64,000 bases of DNA from positions 3,752,485 to 3,816,484 of the forward strand of contig NC_134027.1 in assembly GCF_964204645.1 (NCBI RefSeq), read 5' to 3'. The notes below the pieces were generated by a model that had not been told where the DNA came from, searched no databases, and saw nothing but the letters and a program-made list of their open reading frames with translations. This document shows, one piece after another, positions 60,501 through 64,000 of the stretch. The DNA comes from Tubulanus polymorphus. Taxonomy: Eukaryota > Animalia > Nemertea. How positions within the stretch are numbered: position 1 is the stretch's first letter; every line of letters starts with the position of its first letter. The translations under genes and the position numbers were made by a program.

Positions 60501-63500
60501 CGTTAAATACAAAATATTATAAATTACTCCCGAACAATTTCAGTGTAAGTGGCTTTATAAACGTACCTGCAAATTTGACGCCTTGCCAGGTACGAGCAAT
60601 CAGCCCTCAAGTATTACTGTGCAATGATTTAGTGGCAACATATGATAGATAGCTCATAACCACAAATGATATTGCCGCGAGATTTTATCAGTTGAATGTA
60701 ATACATGTTTTTTAAATGATGCTTTAGCCTTAGGAGGGCAATAGCCGGCTCATCGTTGACTGATGTTTATGACGCAGTTTGAAGGTATTGGAAAGCCGAT
60801 GGTAATATCATTTGATTGCGCGATATATCACGAAGAGTTGTATCTAAAAAATGTATAACGTAGACAAACATCTTAAGCATCTTTTAGAAATAGAAAATTC
60901 GTCCTTGGCTCGGATATCGCTAATGTCACACTATATATGTACACAATTGAACCACTGGAGAATTTCAGTAACATTAGATTTATTTTGACATTTCCAAGCA
61001 AGATATTATTTTCATCTTTTATATATCATCGCAGAACTAATGCGTAAGTGGCTCTAGCAATATCAATTTATGAACTTGAAGAAAAACCGCTCTAATTTCC
61101 GCGTTATAAATACGTTACATGTATAGTGTCTAAGCATCTTTATTCACGTCACAAGCTTTAAAGGACTTCGACTTTCAGTCGAGTCAGGCGATGATATCAT
61201 TACGTATATTATTAATCAATCCACCAAATATTTACACACAAGTTACATAATCCGATGGTGAAACAGTAAGTGAATACTAAACGGACCTGTGGTCATATTA
61301 CACAAATAGGAAATCACCCTTCAGTTATAATATATAATAGTGTAACATTAAACAGATGACAGATAAAGCAAACACTTTTGTCTACCCTGCTGTTCCACAA
61401 ATTATACCCTGTCGGACTTCATAGCGCACTTTTGAATATTTTTAATATTTCGCGAAGGCACTGGAGATACATGCCGCTTCTGTTCAGGGGAAGACTTGCA
61501 AATCAATTCATCGGTCAAAACTTACCAGACACCGTTATTCGAATAACATTTAAATGTATACATTTGATTCGAAAATGAGGAAGATTTAATACCGCATGCC
61601 ACTGGTACATAAATAAATCATCATAGATAAAATTGTCTCTGCTATAGAACCGCAGTGTTTTTTTTTAAATAACATATGAAATAATACAATCATAGGACTG
61701 CTATATATTTGATATAACAACGAATAGTTTGTGATGAACAGGTGCCATTTGATGATATTGAAGCCTTATTGAAAACGCAGATGGCTTCTTACACGAACAT
61801 ATGCTGGCAAGTTCCCCAGCACCAATGTTCGATAACGTTCACAAAGCATAACCGACATGGTATCCTTAAAAAGAATTTACAAATCCAAACAAATATATGT
61901 GTTAATAAATTATTCAAGGTAGTGCATGTAGCCATTCGTGATGTCGATCCGACATGGTCAATATTTAACTTCCTGGTTATTTCAAGCTTTAGCCATGTCA
62001 TCCATACGTTATCAGACAGCAGAGTGACCGGATTTCGAAGTGAATTGAATTTCATTAATTTCCCGAATACTCAACGAATGTAATTTCAATTTCAATTCAT
62101 CAATTATGATTATATTTCGGTGTTAGCTCTCCATATGGATATCATCATGTTTCAGCAGAATAAATGCTGGATGTAAAGCTAACACCAAAATAAATGAATT
62201 ACATGTACAATGAACAGGGGACATCAATCACCTAATTGTGCGATTATGATATGAACATCTATTTCAAATGCTGGATTAAACACAGTACCATTTCAGAAGA
62301 TGTATAGTTCTGCGTTTATTGATTTCAGGAACACAGATTAAAATGTTCTATTACACACTATTAAATTGCTCGGACGTAATTGCGCAAATTTAGCGGCAAT
62401 GGCTTATATAGCACGCTTTGCGTGATGAAGCGCGCAAACTGGATTTTTGCATCACATTTCAACATATGCTATATTGCAGACGAGTAAGACTAGCAGTTTG
62501 TCAAAGTCAAATTGCTGTTTTCAGAATATAGTATAGTCTCTCGATTTATGTTGCGAGGTAACTGCGGTAAAACAGCCTTGTATTTATCTGTATATGCATA
62601 TCACTTTATTGAATTAGAAAATGAATGTTGCAAAATTGTTCCATTCAATATTCATGAGTTTATGATGATTGGATTGATGAAAATTTTTGGATTTTCATCT
62701 TTTCTGTCTCCATACGAATGTGCTTCTAATTAGAGGCTGTATATACATCTAATATCTATGGCGCGTCATTCGTGATGCAATTTACTTTCATAGCTCCCAG
62801 TGGACATCAATCTAGGACGTCGAGCAAATAGATAAATGTCCCTTCATTTTACACGAAATCCGAGGGTGAATACAGATTTGTAGAAACAGTTCAAAGACCA
62901 CGAGCCTCGATCACCCGAGCATTTTCTATATCGGGGCCAAATTTGGCCAGTGCCAGATTAAGTCTCAACCAACCTTTCACACTGGTGCTAGATGTGTCTG
63001 TTTGTCACGGGGCCAAATATGGCCCTACCAAAAACGTCGGACCATGCCCATGCCAAGTGACTGAACCCGCTTGCAACCGGATTTTAGTAACGAGTGAGTG
63101 ATTTACGTCGGGTCTGATGAGTACATTCTATAATCAAGGGATATTCGAACGGGGCAAATCAGGAAATGACAATAGGTCACCGTGTGATGATGTAAGCTAT
63201 TTTGTCACAACTTCAGCATAAATTACCATTCTACGAATCCAATCTTACGTATATCAAGTACTTTACTAATGACAAACGTGTAAAAATTACCTTTGCTCTC
63301 GCATTATCCTCGTCATAGTGGGCGTTAATGGTACTTAGTTGTCAACACATCAGAATTATTGAAATCGTGTCTTGGCAATTTCCCTTTGTCAAGAGGGGCG
63401 AAGCATACTTTAAACAAAATCGTATACCAGGGGTTGGAGTCGGTTATAACTCTTAATCTTAAAAATCAAGCCGGTCGCAATATCATATGTATTCGTACAC

Positions 63501-64000
63501 AGGATTGATGTCGTACGTGTTAAGACATCATACGAGATGAAAAAACTCTTATAGTCAATGGAAGATGACTTCGCTGTAGTTGTATTCTTTCACCGACGGT
63601 CCCCGTATTATCTGAATAATAGTATATACATAAATTAACAGTTGCATTGGAGAGGAATCATTATTTAAATGCGACGTTAATAGGCTTTAATGGGGGCCGG
63701 GCGATTCTAAAATCGAGTGCTGTGCCACGTGTTTTTTTTTAAATACTCTACAAGGTTCCAACAGCCCCGGCAATTTCAATTAGCCTTATTGTCTCAAACA
63801 GTTGCTTTGCTCGGTAAATATACCGCATTCACTCCTGCACACTTCGTAAATAACAATTAAGTTGGTGTAAGGGCTTTTTGGTGTTTGTCCTCGAAGAGAA
63901 AGAACTAAACAGTTTGAATACGTTAAAAGTTGTGTTATTGCCAAGTGAATTGACTTTTAGCCGCGTCGATAGCCCATAATGAATTTTTACTAAATCGGCG

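Noticed and set aside
62930-63030. Repeated GGGGCCAAAT(T/A)TGGCC motifs
   Set aside because: Probably MITE debris, but ends and TSD could not be defined.
63114-63170. CTGATGAGTAC possible hammerhead start
   Set aside because: No complementary stem II or correctly placed GAAA.

Overview
AT-rich eukaryotic DNA with many short GT-AG introns. It is animal, and gene content suggests a marine spiralian-type invertebrate (inference). Apparently intact genes: four class A GPCRs with single-exon CDSs (7.4, 14.8, 21.9 and 32.5 kb), an intronless cholesterol 25-hydroxylase-like gene, a small secreted Cys-rich peptide, three tandem ~16-exon ACSF2-like acyl-CoA ligases (34.5-46.6 kb, minus), an 11-exon PARP3 and an intronless DOMON-cytochrome b561 (FRRS1-like) gene. 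Features the ORF track does not resolve include a 9-exon secreted HEXXH metalloprotease with a chitin-binding-like tail and two frameshifts, a Pro/His/Arg-rich antimicrobial-peptide-like frame, a decayed gustatory-receptor-like gene, and probable GT92 and LGR-type GPCR relics. The mobile DNA is the most distinctive part. A ~110-bp-arm palindrome in an ACSF2 intron carries a Penelope-type hammerhead ribozyme on both strands and is flanked by a target-site duplication (TSD). There is also a second palindrome of similar architecture, several decayed hammerhead remnants, an IS3EU-like MITE, a Harbinger-like MITE and a SINE-head fold-back. All calls were made by eye with no database searches, so exon boundaries and family assignments need computational confirmation.
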